Below are positions 15,089 through 27,920 of a DNA stretch of 60,000 nucleotides, one piece after another; within the stretch, counting starts at the first letter, position 1, and the number at the start of each line of letters is the position of its first letter. The notes under the pieces were generated by a model. It did no database searches. It was not told the origin of the DNA and saw only the letters and a list, made by a program, of their open reading frames with translations. The translations under genes were made by a program, and so were the position numbers. Source of the stretch: Callorhinchus milii. Lineage: Eukaryota. Location: positions 106,580,001 through 106,640,000 of the forward strand of contig NW_024704742.1 in NCBI RefSeq assembly GCF_018977255.1. Reading direction: 5' to 3'.

Positions 15089-16133
15089 ATCATAGAATCA
15101 GAGAATTGTACAGCACAAAAAGAGGCTATTCGGCCCATCGAGTTTGTGCCGGCTCTTTGAAAAGAGCAATGCAATGTCAATCCCACTCCCCAGCCCTTTT
15201 CCCCCATAACCCTGCAAACCCGTCCTCTTCAAATACCCATCCACCGCGTTTTTAAAAGTTGTTATCAAATCGGCCTCGACCACCCTTTCAGGCAATGCAT
15301 TCCAGATTCAAACAACTCGCTGTGTCAAAAAATTTCTTCTCACCTCCCCTCTGCTTCTTTTAGAGACTATTTCAAATCTGTGAACTTGAGTCACCGACAC
15401 ACCCACCAGTGGAAATAGTTTTTCCCTTTCCAACCTATCAAATCCCCTCATGATTTTGAAGACCTCTACTAGGTCTCCTCGTAACCTTCTCTGCCCCAAT
15501 GAGAATAATCCCAGCCTCTCTAGCCCTTCCTCATAATCAAGGTCCCTCATTCCTGGTACCATTCTTGTAAATCTCTGCACCCTTTCCAATGCCTTAACAT
15601 CCTTCCTATAGTGTGGTTCCCAGAACTGGGCGCAGTATTCTAACTGAGGCCTAACCAGTGTTTTATATAGGTTAATCATAACCTCCTGACTCTTGTACTC
15701 TATGCCCCTATTTATAAAGCCAAAATATCCTGTATGCCCTTTTTACAGCTTTAATTACCTGTCTTGCCAATTTCAAAGATTCATTTACCTGCACCCCCAG
15801 ATCTCTCTGTTCTTTTAACCCCCTTAAGATTGTATTACCAGCCTGTATTGCCTCCCCTCATTCTTTCTACCAAAATGCATTACCTCGTATTTCTCCACAT
15901 TGAAACTCATCTGCCATGTATCTGCCCATTTTACCATTCTGTCTATGTCTTCCTGCAGTTGGCTCCTATCCTTCTCACTGTTTACCACCCTACCTAACTT
16001 TGTGTCGGACGCAAACTTGGAAATGGTACTTGGTATACCCAAGTCCAGATCATTTATGTATATTAAGAAGAGTAGTGGTCCTAATACCGATCCCTGGGGG
16101 ACACCACTGTACACTTGCCTCCAGTCAGAAAAG
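15089..16133 (-). mobile_element. CR1 LINE 3' fragment
   Basis: SGVPQGSVLGPLLFLIYINDLD, YKTLVRPQLEYCAQFW, RLRGDLVEVFK; ATTCTATG-like tail. Confidence 0.93.
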
Positions 16134-17507
16134 AAGTGACCAATTTTATTATTGTTTTTTTTCTTGAGGGATTATTATCAGGCATAGTGTCTTTCATGTT
16201 GGGAGGACATCTCAAAGTGGATAAACATGCATTAAATTAGAGTTTGTCCAACTTTACCACCTTTAGAAGATGTGAAAAGTGCTATATCAAAAGCAAAGAT
16301 TATTATTATAGCAACGGTGGGATGAGGTTTTAAAATGAGAAAAGAAAATGAAGTTTTTAGTGAACTTTATTTATACCCTATAGAATTTCAAATGAGTTAT
16401 AAACACTGGAAAATTGACACATTTGAAACATCTTAAACATGTAACAGTTAAAACAGTGGAAATTAATGGCTCATTTATGTTATGGATCTAGGAGTGCACT
16501 AAGAAATAAAACCGATACAAGAAGAGTCCTACAGCATCGAGCCGTAGAATAAACAAGTGTTGTATTGAATGACCAAAGGAATGGAGAAAAGCATCCATAC
16601 TTCCTCAGTGCCACAACAGTATAATACTTCCAAACTCTACAATGAACTGGATATATATATATATATATAGTTTCAAAATAATAAACTAGGTCAGGCTCCC
16701 TGTCGCACTTGATGAAACTAATAAAAGTGGAATGCCTCACGTCTCTTGAAATACTTTTTCACTCAACATGAAGATCCAAAGGCATAAGGCATGCCTTTAA
16801 AGTCAAGCCACTTAAACATGCTACCATTTTTATTAAAGTAACACGTATATACACAATGTGGAACCTTTTAAAAAAAAGCTTGCTTGCTTCATAACAAGGT
16901 CACAAAGGAATAATCCACAAAGCATACAGCAACATTCTCTCACAGTAAAAGTGTCACTGCCTGCAAATATTTCCACTCACTAGAATAAGGCTTGCGGTTA
17001 AATTTGTAACATTTCATAATGCAGTCAATAAAATTATCACATCATGAACGGCTAGAAATTTTACCCTCTCCATTTCCCAGAGAATCAATCATCAGTAAGA
17101 CAAGGAGATGAAGCTCCTTTTCAAGTGGAGAATGTAACATTTTTCTTTGTTTCTGGAATTCTATTTTTAGAAATAGAAATTTTCTATTTTTATGAATAGA
17201 AATTATAAGCAGACTGGAAGCAGTATCTGAAAATTAATTTTGTTCATAACCTGGTGCAGAATCATTTGACTTAAAAAGTGCCTTTTCTCCTGTACAAGGT
17301 ACTGGTAGAGTGAGAAAAGAAGTCAATTGAATAGCTTTAAAATTTGTGTGTTCAAGGAAAATTCAAAAGACCAGTGGACAATGACATCCCATCACTTTCA
17401 TTTGACCCAGAATCCAGCAGTAGTCGATGATATGTGAAGCCTCTATTCCAGCAATTGTGGTTTATATATACTTCAATAATCAATCCAATTGACTGACTTG
17501 GCCGGTC

Positions 17508-17532
17508 TCAATAGACTGTCATCGTAAAAAAA
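17508..17532 (-). CDS. CIB1-like terminal coding exon
   Basis: Strong acceptor cttttattcctttacag| gives SFFTMTVY*, fitting the CIB C-terminal pattern (SSFKIVL, STFHIRI); AATAAA on - at 16829-34 and 16366-71. Confidence 0.8.
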
Positions 17533-17690
17533 CTGTAAAGGAATAAAAGAGGTATTATTCAGAATAGTTTTTTTGTGAAACATTTGAATAATTTTGCATA
17601 GTATCAGCACATCATTAAAAAACGCTTATGGTATAAATACCGATGGGTTTTTTGCTCGATTTTATCATCATATTATGATTGTTCTACTAC

Positions 17691-18016
17691 AATAATAATA
17701 ATAATAATAATAATCCTTGCATTTGATATAGCGCTTTTCACGTCGGAAGGACGTCCCAAAGCGCTTCACAGAACACACTGTAAAGTGAATTGACTGTATA
17801 TTTGTGGGCGAACGCGGCAGCCAATTGCGCACAGCAATGTCCCACAAACAGTCGCAGATTGAAAATGCCAATTTTATTATTGTTTTTGGTTTTGGAGGGA
17901 TTATTATTAGGCGTGTGGAGTAAGGAAACTTGCCCAAGGTTTCGCCCTGCCTGGAATTGAACTCAGGTCTCTCGCTTGCAAAGCGAGTGCTCTAACCACT
18001 GAGCTACAGGACTCCA
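17691..18016 (-). mobile_element. tRNA-derived SINE, full length, CpG-intact
   Basis: Reverse complement of the 7543 family with long (ATT)n tail. Confidence 0.92.
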
Positions 18017-18543
18017 CGATACTGCTGTGAGTGATTTTGTATTCTATATTTTATAAATAATGTACCTTTGCCATGGATTAATTGTAGTTAATTGTAATTG
18101 TAGTCTGTACCTTTACATGTAAATATGGTCACAAAATCACAAGAGAGGTATGAGTAAATGATGCTCTTCAGCCCAGGAGATCTCAAGATACTTGCATGAT
18201 GTCCTGTTTGCCAACCCAAAGGGAGTAGGTTGTCTCACTGTTCAGAGCAGAAGCGCTTTGGGACATCTTCCTAATGTGAAAGGCGCTATAGTAATTACAA
18301 GGATTATTATTATTATCAAGGATGGTGGATGTTCGTCTTGGTCGGATACACTGTGCTTGGACCTCACATGAGGCAATCTTACTGACAAATGAGAGGCCAC
18401 CAGAATCTGCAGGTAATTTTTAAGGAGTGATTGTTGATGGAGCTATTTTCTCCTCCCTACACACTGACAAGTAAAACTGCAAAATACAATGCATTCACAT
18501 CTACTTCACATCTGACGGAAATGCAGCCTACATTTAGTTCATA

Positions 18544-18645
18544 CAGTAAAGACCACAATTAGTCATTTAGTAAAACCCTCAGTTATTCAAACAGTAAGTA
18601 TTACAATCATTTAAATAGTAAAGACCACAGTTAATCCATAAAGTA
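18544..18645. repeat. 24-bp minisatellite, continuing at 20146-20183
   Basis: Units cagtaaagaccacaattagtcatt, tagtaaaaccctcagttattcaaa, cagtaagtattacaatcatttaaa, tagtaaagaccacagttaatccat. Confidence 0.7.
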
Positions 18646-20148
18646 CAACAACAACAACAACATTACATTTTATAGCGCCTTTCACGTCGGGAGGACATCC
18701 CAAGGTGCTAGACAGTGTACAGCATTTCAGACCCAAGCTGGGGTCAAGGGGGAAAAAGGAAGGGAGGGGAAGGGGGTTGACCAATGGCATGGTCGAAGAG
18801 AAGGGTTTAAAAGTGGGACTTGAAGGAGGCTAAGGAGGGGACGAGGCAGAGTGACTGGGGGATGGAATTTCAGAGGTTGGGGTCAGAGTGGCTGAAGGCT
18901 CTCCCGCCAATGGTGGTGCGGGTGGGTCGGGGGACGTGGAGCAGGCCGGTGCCGGCTGAGCAGAGAGAGCAGACGGGTTGGTAGGGGTTTAGGAGGTCAC
19001 AGAAATAGGGTGGGGCGAGGCCAAGGAGAGCTTTGTATGTGAGGACCAGGATTTTGAACTGGATCCTCTGAAGGATAGGGAGCCAGTGGAGTCGGGCGAG
19101 AGTGGGGGAGATGGGATCACGGAGTTTGGTGTGGGAGAGGACACGAGCTGCAGAGGTCTGAATTATCTGCAGCCTGTGGAGGGAGGAGTTGGGAAGGTTG
19201 ACAAGCAGGGCATTTGCATAGTCGCGCCTGGAGGTGATGAAGGCATGAACAAGAGTTTCAGCGGCCTGAGGGGTGAGGTAGTGGCACAGTCGGGCAATGT
19301 TACAGAGGTGAGGGAAGGCAGAGCGGGTCATGCCTTGGATGTGGGGAAGAAAAGACAGTTGAGGGTCGAACAAGACACCAAGGTTCCTGACTGGCTGGTG
19401 AGTTGAAGTGTGCAACCATGGAGGTTGATGCTGCCAGAGCCTGAGGTGCTGAGGGGCTGGCGGGAGCCAATCAGGAGGGCCTCAGTCTTGTTCATATTCA
19501 ACTGTAGGAAGTTTGCCCTCATCCAGGACTTGATGTCCGGCAGGCAGACTGTCAGGACAGTAGTGGTCCTGGAGTTGAGGGTGGAGGCAGAAAGATGGAG
19601 TTGGATGTCATCCACATACATGTGAAAGTTGACCCCATGTTTGCGGATGATGTCACCAAGGGGGAGCATGTAGATATTAAAGAGGAGAGGGCCAAGAACT
19701 GGGGGACGCCAGACTTGACAGTGCGGGGACTGGAGGAGAAACTGTTAGAGGCAACACAGTGGAGATGGTGAGAGAGATAGGAATCGAACCAGGCAAGGGC
19801 AGGTCCGTGAAGATTAAGTAAGGAGGAGAGGTGGTGTATGAGGATGGAGTGGTCGACAGTGTCAAAGGTGGCAGAGAGGCCAAGGAGGACAAGGAGGCAG
19901 AGAGAGCCCTGATCGTCCTCCTGACGTGAAAGGCGCTTTATAAATGGAATCTTGTTGTTGTTGTTGTTGTTGTTCAGAATGTCATTAGTGATTTTGTCCT
20001 ATGAGCTGTTTCTGTTCTGTGGGCAGCGCGGAAGTCAGATTGGAGGAGTTCAAAAAGGGAATGGCGAGTAGAGAAAGGAGCGGAGCTGGGAAGTGACGAC
20101 TCGTCCCAGGACCTTGGAGAGGAATGGGAGGTTAGAGATGGGGCGGTA
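18646..20148 (-). mobile_element. L2 LINE, degenerate RT-to-3' fragment
   Basis: YRPISNLPFLSKVL, GDIIRKHGVNFHMYVDDIQL, VRNLGVLFD, LHWLPILQRIQFKIL; (TTG)n tail. Confidence 0.93.
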
Positions 20149-23100
20149 AAGACCAACACAGTAAAGACCACAGTTATTTCATATAGTTTTATGTCTTTTC
20201 ACTTTGCACTGGGGCGCAAATGCAGACTTCTGACTGCCAGTTTGGGGTATCCATGTCTCCAATCCTTCACAATCTGTTGCAACCACATTACTTGACTGAT
20301 GAGATCTCAGCTGTAGCACAGCTATAAAGCATGAAGGAGGGAACCAAAGGTTGAGAACAATTAAAAGAGGTTAATTAGGTAGGCTGGTCCCAAGATTCAC
20401 TGGCATTCGCCAGTCACAATCTCTACGGTTAAACCTGGATGTGTCAGCAGCTGCTGTAAATATGTATATCAAGCAAAAGTATGAACTATATTTCTTTGCA
20501 AATGCTTTTTACTTATAAAAAATATGTGTACGTAAATAAACTCAAAGTTAAAAGGGTTAAATTCATTATACCTTCATATAATTCTCATATAATAGTTTGG
20601 GACATGACATGTGCATATGTCTACCAGGATGGTGGAGGGCAAACTGGTTGGACCTTGGTCTTTTTTTTGCATGGAAATTCTTATGGTTCTTATGTTCTGA
20701 AATCCAAATTTTCTGGTCCCACTCTTTCTTTAGCTCCATTTTTCTAAAGCTTTACGTGCAATTTTCTTCCCTTCCTTGGCTAAAGATCTTTAAGGAAAAA
20801 CGTAGCTGTTGTCTCAAGAGATGTAAAACAATTGGGTGGTGGCAATGCTTCAATGGGTCCTATGAGAAGAGATTACAAATGGTCCCTGCAAAGTTGCCTG
20901 GATTGTTTACTCTGCAGCCCACCTCTTTCATTCATCTGCCTTTGTTACCCTCTTGACTGTATGTTCATAATATGATTCAATGATACCAAATTGTCCAAAA
21001 TACAACAGGAAGCATGTGAGAGTTAATTTTCTGCTGAGAAAGCATAATACAGAATAGAGTTGGTGTCTCTGCTTACCCCAAGTATTTCCTACTGGGAAGT
21101 AAAATACATTTATTCAAATATTTTAACTCATTGCCAAGGGAATTCAAGTGTAAAACACCTGAAATGATTCCTGCCAGCAGTGATTATGAGCTTTGACTTC
21201 AAATATGCTTTGGGCCAGATAGTTTACATTTCAATAAAATGGCTGTAGCTTCAGCAAAACACAAAGTTGCTGCACTGAGCCACTTTTAAATGCTTGGAGG
21301 GGCACTCAATGGCTTTAATGGTGCTTTCAGAAAAAATGTTTCTGATCAATATTCTCCCCTTCCTTTCCTCCCCAAGGTATTCGATCTATTCCTTTTCATG
21401 TGGTATGGTTCCCCAGGTATCAGGACCTCCTTCAAGTGGTCATTATTCACTGAGTGAGTTATTCAACCTCATTGGATGCTCCATCCAAAGCTAACTGATC
21501 TCCAATGGGGAAGGAATTCCATCCTGGAGTCCCTTGAACTCTCTCACTTCCACCCCTATTTCAAGGCACGTTTGAACATATTTAACCACCCTTTTGGTCA
21601 TCATTTCCCTCCCAACCCCCTCAACCCCCATCCACAGCTCAGGTGCTCATCCAGCAATTTGTTAAGCACTTTATGGTGTCTTCCTGATGTGAAAGCTGCT
21701 ATATAAATTTAAATTGTATTGAATGATTGAAGCTATGAGTTCCAGTTTGTGTAGCTCATGTATTCGTTGGATAAACACACCAGGCCATTTGGAGACAAAA
21801 CATTGCTTTATAATTTGTTATATATTATATTGGAGCAGGTGAAGATTATATTTTCCTTAGCCCTACTTCACATGAAAGAGTCACTGGCATGATAAGCAGA
21901 GAGCAGGGATGCCAGGAACTAATTGGGCAGTAATCTTACCGCCCACACAAACGTCAGCCCTCGTAGAATGTCACAGATCTGAATTATCTGCTTCTGTGAA
22001 GTCTAGCCATAAATTTTTATTTGCACAAAGCCATCTGTTGAATCGTTGACTATTACGGGTGATATTATGAGTTCAATTATAAGTGGTTTTGACAATCTGG
22101 CAGTGTAGTCATGACCCACGACATCCAACCATATCCTTGTCCAGCTGCCAAAGAAAGATTGGTATTCATCAAAAGGGACAGACATAGAAGACAGGTGCTG
22201 AGATCCAGACATTAATGACTTGACAAGCAGCCCTATTGCCAGTTCATGCTCCTGCAAACCTGTTATGTTAGTACAGAATTGGCAAGGATAGGAATTAACG
22301 ACCACACTATTCTGCACACTTCTCTGTTATCACATTCCAGCTATTGTATACCATCACAACGTTTATAATAGGAAGCCTTTCCTGTGACAGATATGTAAGG
22401 TAAGTGCATAGCTCCAGCAGGTTGAACCCGATATTTTTGATGGAACATGATGTTTGATGAAATTCAGTTCCCCAGAATAGCCTGCTTTGAAATCATTTCC
22501 CTTGCGCCCAAGTTGCTCATCCACAAAAGCGGCTGGAGCTATAATAAAGTAATAATAGTCATTGCATTTGATATAGTGCCTTTCAGGTCAGGAGGATGTT
22601 GCAAAGTGCTTAACAGGATATATTGCAAAGTGGAGTGACTGTGTGTTTTGTGGGTGAAAGCTGCAGTCAATTGGTGCACAACAATGTTTGTCTGACAGCC
22701 ATGGAATGAATGATCAATTTTTTTATTTGGAGGATTGTTAGCCAGGACACAAGAAGAAACTCCCTTCAAATAGTGCCATAGCATCTTTAGGGTCCACCTA
22801 AACAGGCAGACAGGGCTACGGTTTAACCCATAAATGTGCATCACAAACATTTTCTGGGTCTTTTTATAATAATGCTGATTTCTTTTATAAAATATTTCCT
22901 CAGTTTTTTTTAGTGATATCTTGACCATCAGTCTTCCAGGTTAACTGGTCATTCATAGCATGACTGTTTGCGGTACCTTATTGTGTGCAAATGGAGTTTT
23001 ACTGCCTACAAGTACACAGTGACTGTACTTGACAGCAATTCCATGAAACTCTTTGGGAAGTTTCTCCATTAGAAACCAAATGTAAGTTTTTTTTTAATGT

Positions 23101-24693
23101 TTGTGTTTCAAAGCACATAAAACACAATTGGCCTGTCATTTTATCAATCAAGTTATTGTATAATTGCCTATTCATGGATAGAATAAAATTTTTTGTAATC
23201 ATGTAGTCTTTCAAAGTTTTTGTCTCTCTTTGTTATTCATTAGTGAAGCAAGGCGACACTAGTACAATGACTGAAATAACACTCATGTGTCGGTGTCCTC
23301 TAGAAATATAAAATTCACAGCATGATGCTGCATTGTTGCCTTGGCCACGGTTTCTTTCCGCTTCCAATTCTCTGCACTCCTATTTTGAAAGCACTGACTC
23401 GGTCACTCCCCAGCATATCTCTATATATGAGCCTGGATCGTGTCTTGGCATGTTATTTGACTGGAAGGCATCACAGCTGAGCTCAATTTTATCCTCACAT
23501 CTGTGTTCTCTCCATTAGGAGTCACTGAAGCAGGAACTCTGGCTGTTTTTTCCTCCCTGGCCCATTCAGCCAACGGCAATCATAATGCCTCCTATTGCCT
23601 TCCTAGCTGCAATCAATTAACTGTACTAGAAATTGAACCTGAGACCTTCATAGGAACAATATTCTGGTGAACAAATGGGACTGGAGTAAAAGAGTCTGGA
23701 AGGGGGCTAATGCATTTTTAGTTTTGTCAAAATATTAATGTCACTATATTCTTCTTCTGCCTCTTAGTCTCTCAGAGGTTCTCAGAAACTGTAACTAGAG
23801 CATAACAAACATAACAAGATGATACTTGTTGCCTAACAATGTCTGGTGTCTAATAACGTTGATTTCAACCAGAAATAGCACAGTAAGGGTGCCAGAGAGA
23901 GGAGCTTCCAGAGAACGACCATCCAGAAGGAGCCTAATTTGCAGCCATGTAGCTCAGCTAGTCCTGGTTCAGGGCATTGAAAGATGGGACAGCACATGGT
24001 GGAGCACAGAGCAGAAGTGAAAAGGAGGAAGCCAGGAAGTGTCGCTGCAGTGTTTCTCACAGCTAGACACCTTGAAAGTTTCTCAAGGACCAGTGGCAAA
24101 GCAGTAACTTATTGTTTTTTCCTCCCCAAATTATGCCACCAATCTTATTTTGTGTTTGCTAAGTAGTCCTTGGAATTTCTAGTCCTTTATGATCCAGAAT
24201 CCCTGACTGTCCATGGCCTTGGACGTCTTTTTAATGTGAAAAGAGCTTTACAAATGTAATGTGTTGTTGTTGTCTGTTTCACTCCTTCATCATTGAAGCC
24301 ATCAGGAGTGGTGACTACAGCTTTGTTTATGGCTCTTTACAAGCATAAGCTTTTAGCACTGAAATCAACAGTGAATATTTCTGAGAGAGTAGTAAATCCA
24401 CAAACAGTTTTCTGTGTCAATTGCATATCCAATACTTTTACTGTCAAAAAATGTTTCTCTCTAGCACACAGGCATAAGATGATGAAAGTATTATTTCACT
24501 GGAATGTGGTTCTTGAAATAAAAAACATCATACTTCACTTCTGCTAAGTATATTTCAAATACATGTCTCTTGTACTGTATTATGAAGATAACAAAGTAAA
24601 CACACATGCATTAAATGAGAGAACTATTCAATTATTCATAAAATTAAAAATAATTTCTTCATAAAATCTTATAATCTTAAAATCTCATAATAC

Positions 24694-24782
24694 CTTGGAA
24701 AGTCAGGCATTTTTGATACAATATGATGGAATTCTCCAAGGTTTATATGTCCATCACCATCCATATCGGTTTCTTCAATGAT
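24694..24782 (-). CDS. CIB1-like coding exon 6 (EF-hand 4)
   Basis: ccttttcag|IIEETDMDGDGHINLGEFHHIVSKMPDFP+ag|gtatt; canonical EF loop; 89 nt. Confidence 0.95.
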
Positions 24783-25286
24783 CTGAAAAGGTAGAGAATC
24801 TATGAATGCAAGTATCATTTGTATTACATACAGATACATTTGGTTTATTTACTGAAAACAATTGCTGTCTCAGTCTTCATACTAATTTGTTTGTTAGAAT
24901 TCAAACTCTGCACCAGTGTACCAGCTTTGAAATTAAGGCTCTCTTCTGTTGCAAATTACAGCTGCTGGCATGTAAATTTTCTGTAATTCCCAGAAGGATT
25001 TAGTTCAAATAAGTGGGAATGCAAGCTGATGCGAGCTGAATTTGCCCCAGCCATGAAACAGAGATAGATGAGGCTTTATCACTTCAAAATAACCTAAAAT
25101 GCAAATTAAATTCAAGTGCGCATTAAAAAGCAATAGCACAAATTGGGTGGCTATTCCCTGGAGGTCTCTCTCTGGTCTTGTGCTCACTATTACTGTATTG
25201 CTGAAACACATAGGCTTGTAAGTGTTAGCTTTTACATCTCAAACAAAAAAAATCAAATCAGCACAAATGTAATCCAAAAAACAAAC

Positions 25287-25405
25287 CATATCTATAATCA
25301 TGGTCATTTCCAAGTCAGTAAGAATGTTGTGAACATCATTTCCAGTCATGCAGGTTATGGATTTGACCACGTCCTGACGATCTAAAACGCCATTGCCATT
25401 AAAAT
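25287..25405 (-). CDS. CIB1-like coding exon 5 (EF-hand 3)
   Basis: DFNGNGVLDRQD EF loop then VVKSITCMTGNDVHNILTDLEMTMIIDM; 119 nt, phase 1 to 0. Confidence 0.93.
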
Positions 25406-27139
25406 CTGTTCAAGATAGAAGGAAAAATCCTTAATGTACTCCTATGCTTTTAATTAAATGACTGTTTCCTACCACTTAAAATATGCAAATTCTTACGGAT
25501 TCAAGCAAGTTCTTGAAAGCTTGCAAAGTGCTTTCAAAACTATTTTGGATACTTTCTCATATGGATTACTGAAAATAACCCATTATTACAACTCATCACC
25601 CTCAGACATTCAGTGAGATTTTGTAATATGACACTAATTTTTATTAAAGTATTGATCCAATAAAACCTTTGTTTTGGAGTATTCACGGGAAGATAAATTG
25701 TGCAAATTTTGTGTTTTCCTACAAAAAAGTACAGTAAATTCACTTTACAGTATATTCTGTGGTGCTTTGAGATGTCGCGAAGATGTGAAAAGGTGCTATA
25801 TTAAATTCAAGGATTATTATTATTATATTTAAAAAAAACTTTTTAAACAAAAAATCAAGCTCAGACAGGCCATCAGACTTCACAGATGGAGTTACTTTTT
25901 TCATTATATTTCCAAAACTAGGGAACAGAAGGATGGCTTTCCTCTGTGGCCACAGGATTCAGCATCACCCACATTGATCAGCACTTTCAATGAGCAGTGG
26001 GAAGAACGGGCAGTCAAGGCTGGGTGGAGATACAAGAGATTTCTGTATCTAGTTCCTGAAACACTACAAAACATGCGGAAACGTTGTGTTTAAAATTGAA
26101 AAGCACAAATGCGATCACTACTGTTGTGAAATATTCACATGTCCCCTTTGCCTGATGCTATTCAATACAAATTTACATTTATATAGCGCCTTTCAGGTCA
26201 GGAGGATGTCCCAAGGCGCTTAAAAATCCTGGCTTCGCACCCGAGCTGAGAATGGAAGCTGAGGGCGGGGGGGGAGAAAAAAGATGACCAAAAGCACAGT
26301 CAAAAAAGTAGACCTTGAGATGGACCTTAAGATATGAATTCTGTCATGAATTCCTGATATAACTAGGACTAATATCATTTATTAAACTTTCATAAGAGTG
26401 GACATAATGCACATAGTGAGCAGGATGGAATCTGCCCCCAATAATTGCATCACTGATGTTTTTCATTTCATTATTAAATGGTTTAGCAGTAAGCATCCAC
26501 CACTGTGCTAAATCCATTTGAGAACATGTAAAAATTGAGTCAATTCCATCAAAATGAGCTTTAATGCAATTTTTTTTCTGGCTGTTCACTGTGAAAATGT
26601 CCAATACACAGAAAATAGGCTAATGTGTTGCTCATAAGCTATTATGTCAATCAAGTCTAGGGAATATTTTTCATATTAGATTTCCACCCATAAGAAACTT
26701 TGTTCAGCTGCTCCCTTGATACTCAAATGCAGAGACTGGAGAATGGTGTCCAATGATGGATGCAGGCTGAATTGTGTCAGAGTTGTGTAGGAAGTCAATT
26801 GAGGGAACAAATGGAAAAGAAGAAAATGTTATACACTGGTGAGGAAATTTCCAGTAAAAATAAAATACTTCAGGTTGAAAAATGCAACCAAGGATGTCCT
26901 GATTATTGCTGTGATAATTATCACATCAACTGAATAATATGTATATATTATAATCCTTGCATTTGATACAGCACTTTTCACGACTTCTAGACGTCACAAA
27001 GCGCTTCACAGTATATAATTTAAAGTTAATTTACTGAAACGCAACAATTGAAGTGGATTGAAGTTAACAATTTATTATTGTTTTTATTCTGGATGGAATA
27101 TTATCAGAATTATGTGAAAGTACCGGTTAATATCAACAT

Positions 27140-27505
27140 CAGTCTTGAGAGAAAATGAATTAGAGGGGACCGCATAGAAATGTACAGCATTTTAAATGAG
27201 ATTGAAATAATAAACCCAGACCAATACTTTAGGATGCAACAAGATAGCCCAACCAGAGGACATAGGTTTAAAGTTATAAAAGGCAATTTCAGGACAGATA
27301 CCAGGAAGTTTTACTTTATGCAGAGGATAATCAACGACTGGAACACATTTGCCAGGAAAGATGGTAAAGTTCAGGACGTTAGACTCATTTAAAAAGCTTG
27401 AGATACAATGATGGGAATGACGGTAGGGTGGATGTTCTGGAGGAATGAGATCGGATGGGCTGAAGGGCCTTCTTCATCCAGCCCATTCTTGTGATCTTGT
27501 GATCT
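27140..27505 (+). mobile_element. CR1 3' fragment
   Basis: TRGHRFKVIKGNFRTDTRKFYFMQRIINDWN and CR1-like 3' UTR. Confidence 0.8.
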
Positions 27506-27584
27506 TATAAACTGTAGGTAGGGGTGAAAGCACAGTGGTTGGACTGGAGCTAGCCAGAAGATTTCAGCCTTCACATTGTTGTTA

Positions 27585-27920
27585 ATGATAATAATCCTTG
27601 CATTTGATATAGCGCCTTATCACATCTTCAAGATATCTCAAAGCACTTCACAGAACTGTAAGATGTAGTGTCTGTATATTTTGTGGGTGAAACGCTGCAA
27701 CCAATTGTGCACAGCAGGGTCCCACAAACAGTCGTGAATTAAGTGACCAAATTTGTTCTTTAAAAAGTAAAGCAACCTGCCAATCGACTAATAACAGGGT
27801 TCCTACTTACTGCAAGGAAACAGATACGAGTGGAGTAAGGAAACTAGCCCCACCCAGGAATCGAACCCAGGTCTCTCACTTGCGAGCCACGTGCTCTAAC
27901 CACTGAGCTACAGGACTCCA
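27585..27920 (-). mobile_element. tRNA-derived SINE, variant with CORE-like segment
   Basis: Same head and tail; central segment shared with the 313 and 55110 copies. Confidence 0.85.

Noticed and set aside
22003..22525. 104-aa ORF and faint piggyBac-like words (VDEQL)
   Set aside because: No coherent transposase alignment or termini
24339..24360. Alternative CIB-like last exon SAKSLCL*
   Set aside because: Weaker acceptor and poorer fit to the CIB C-terminal pattern than 17508-17532
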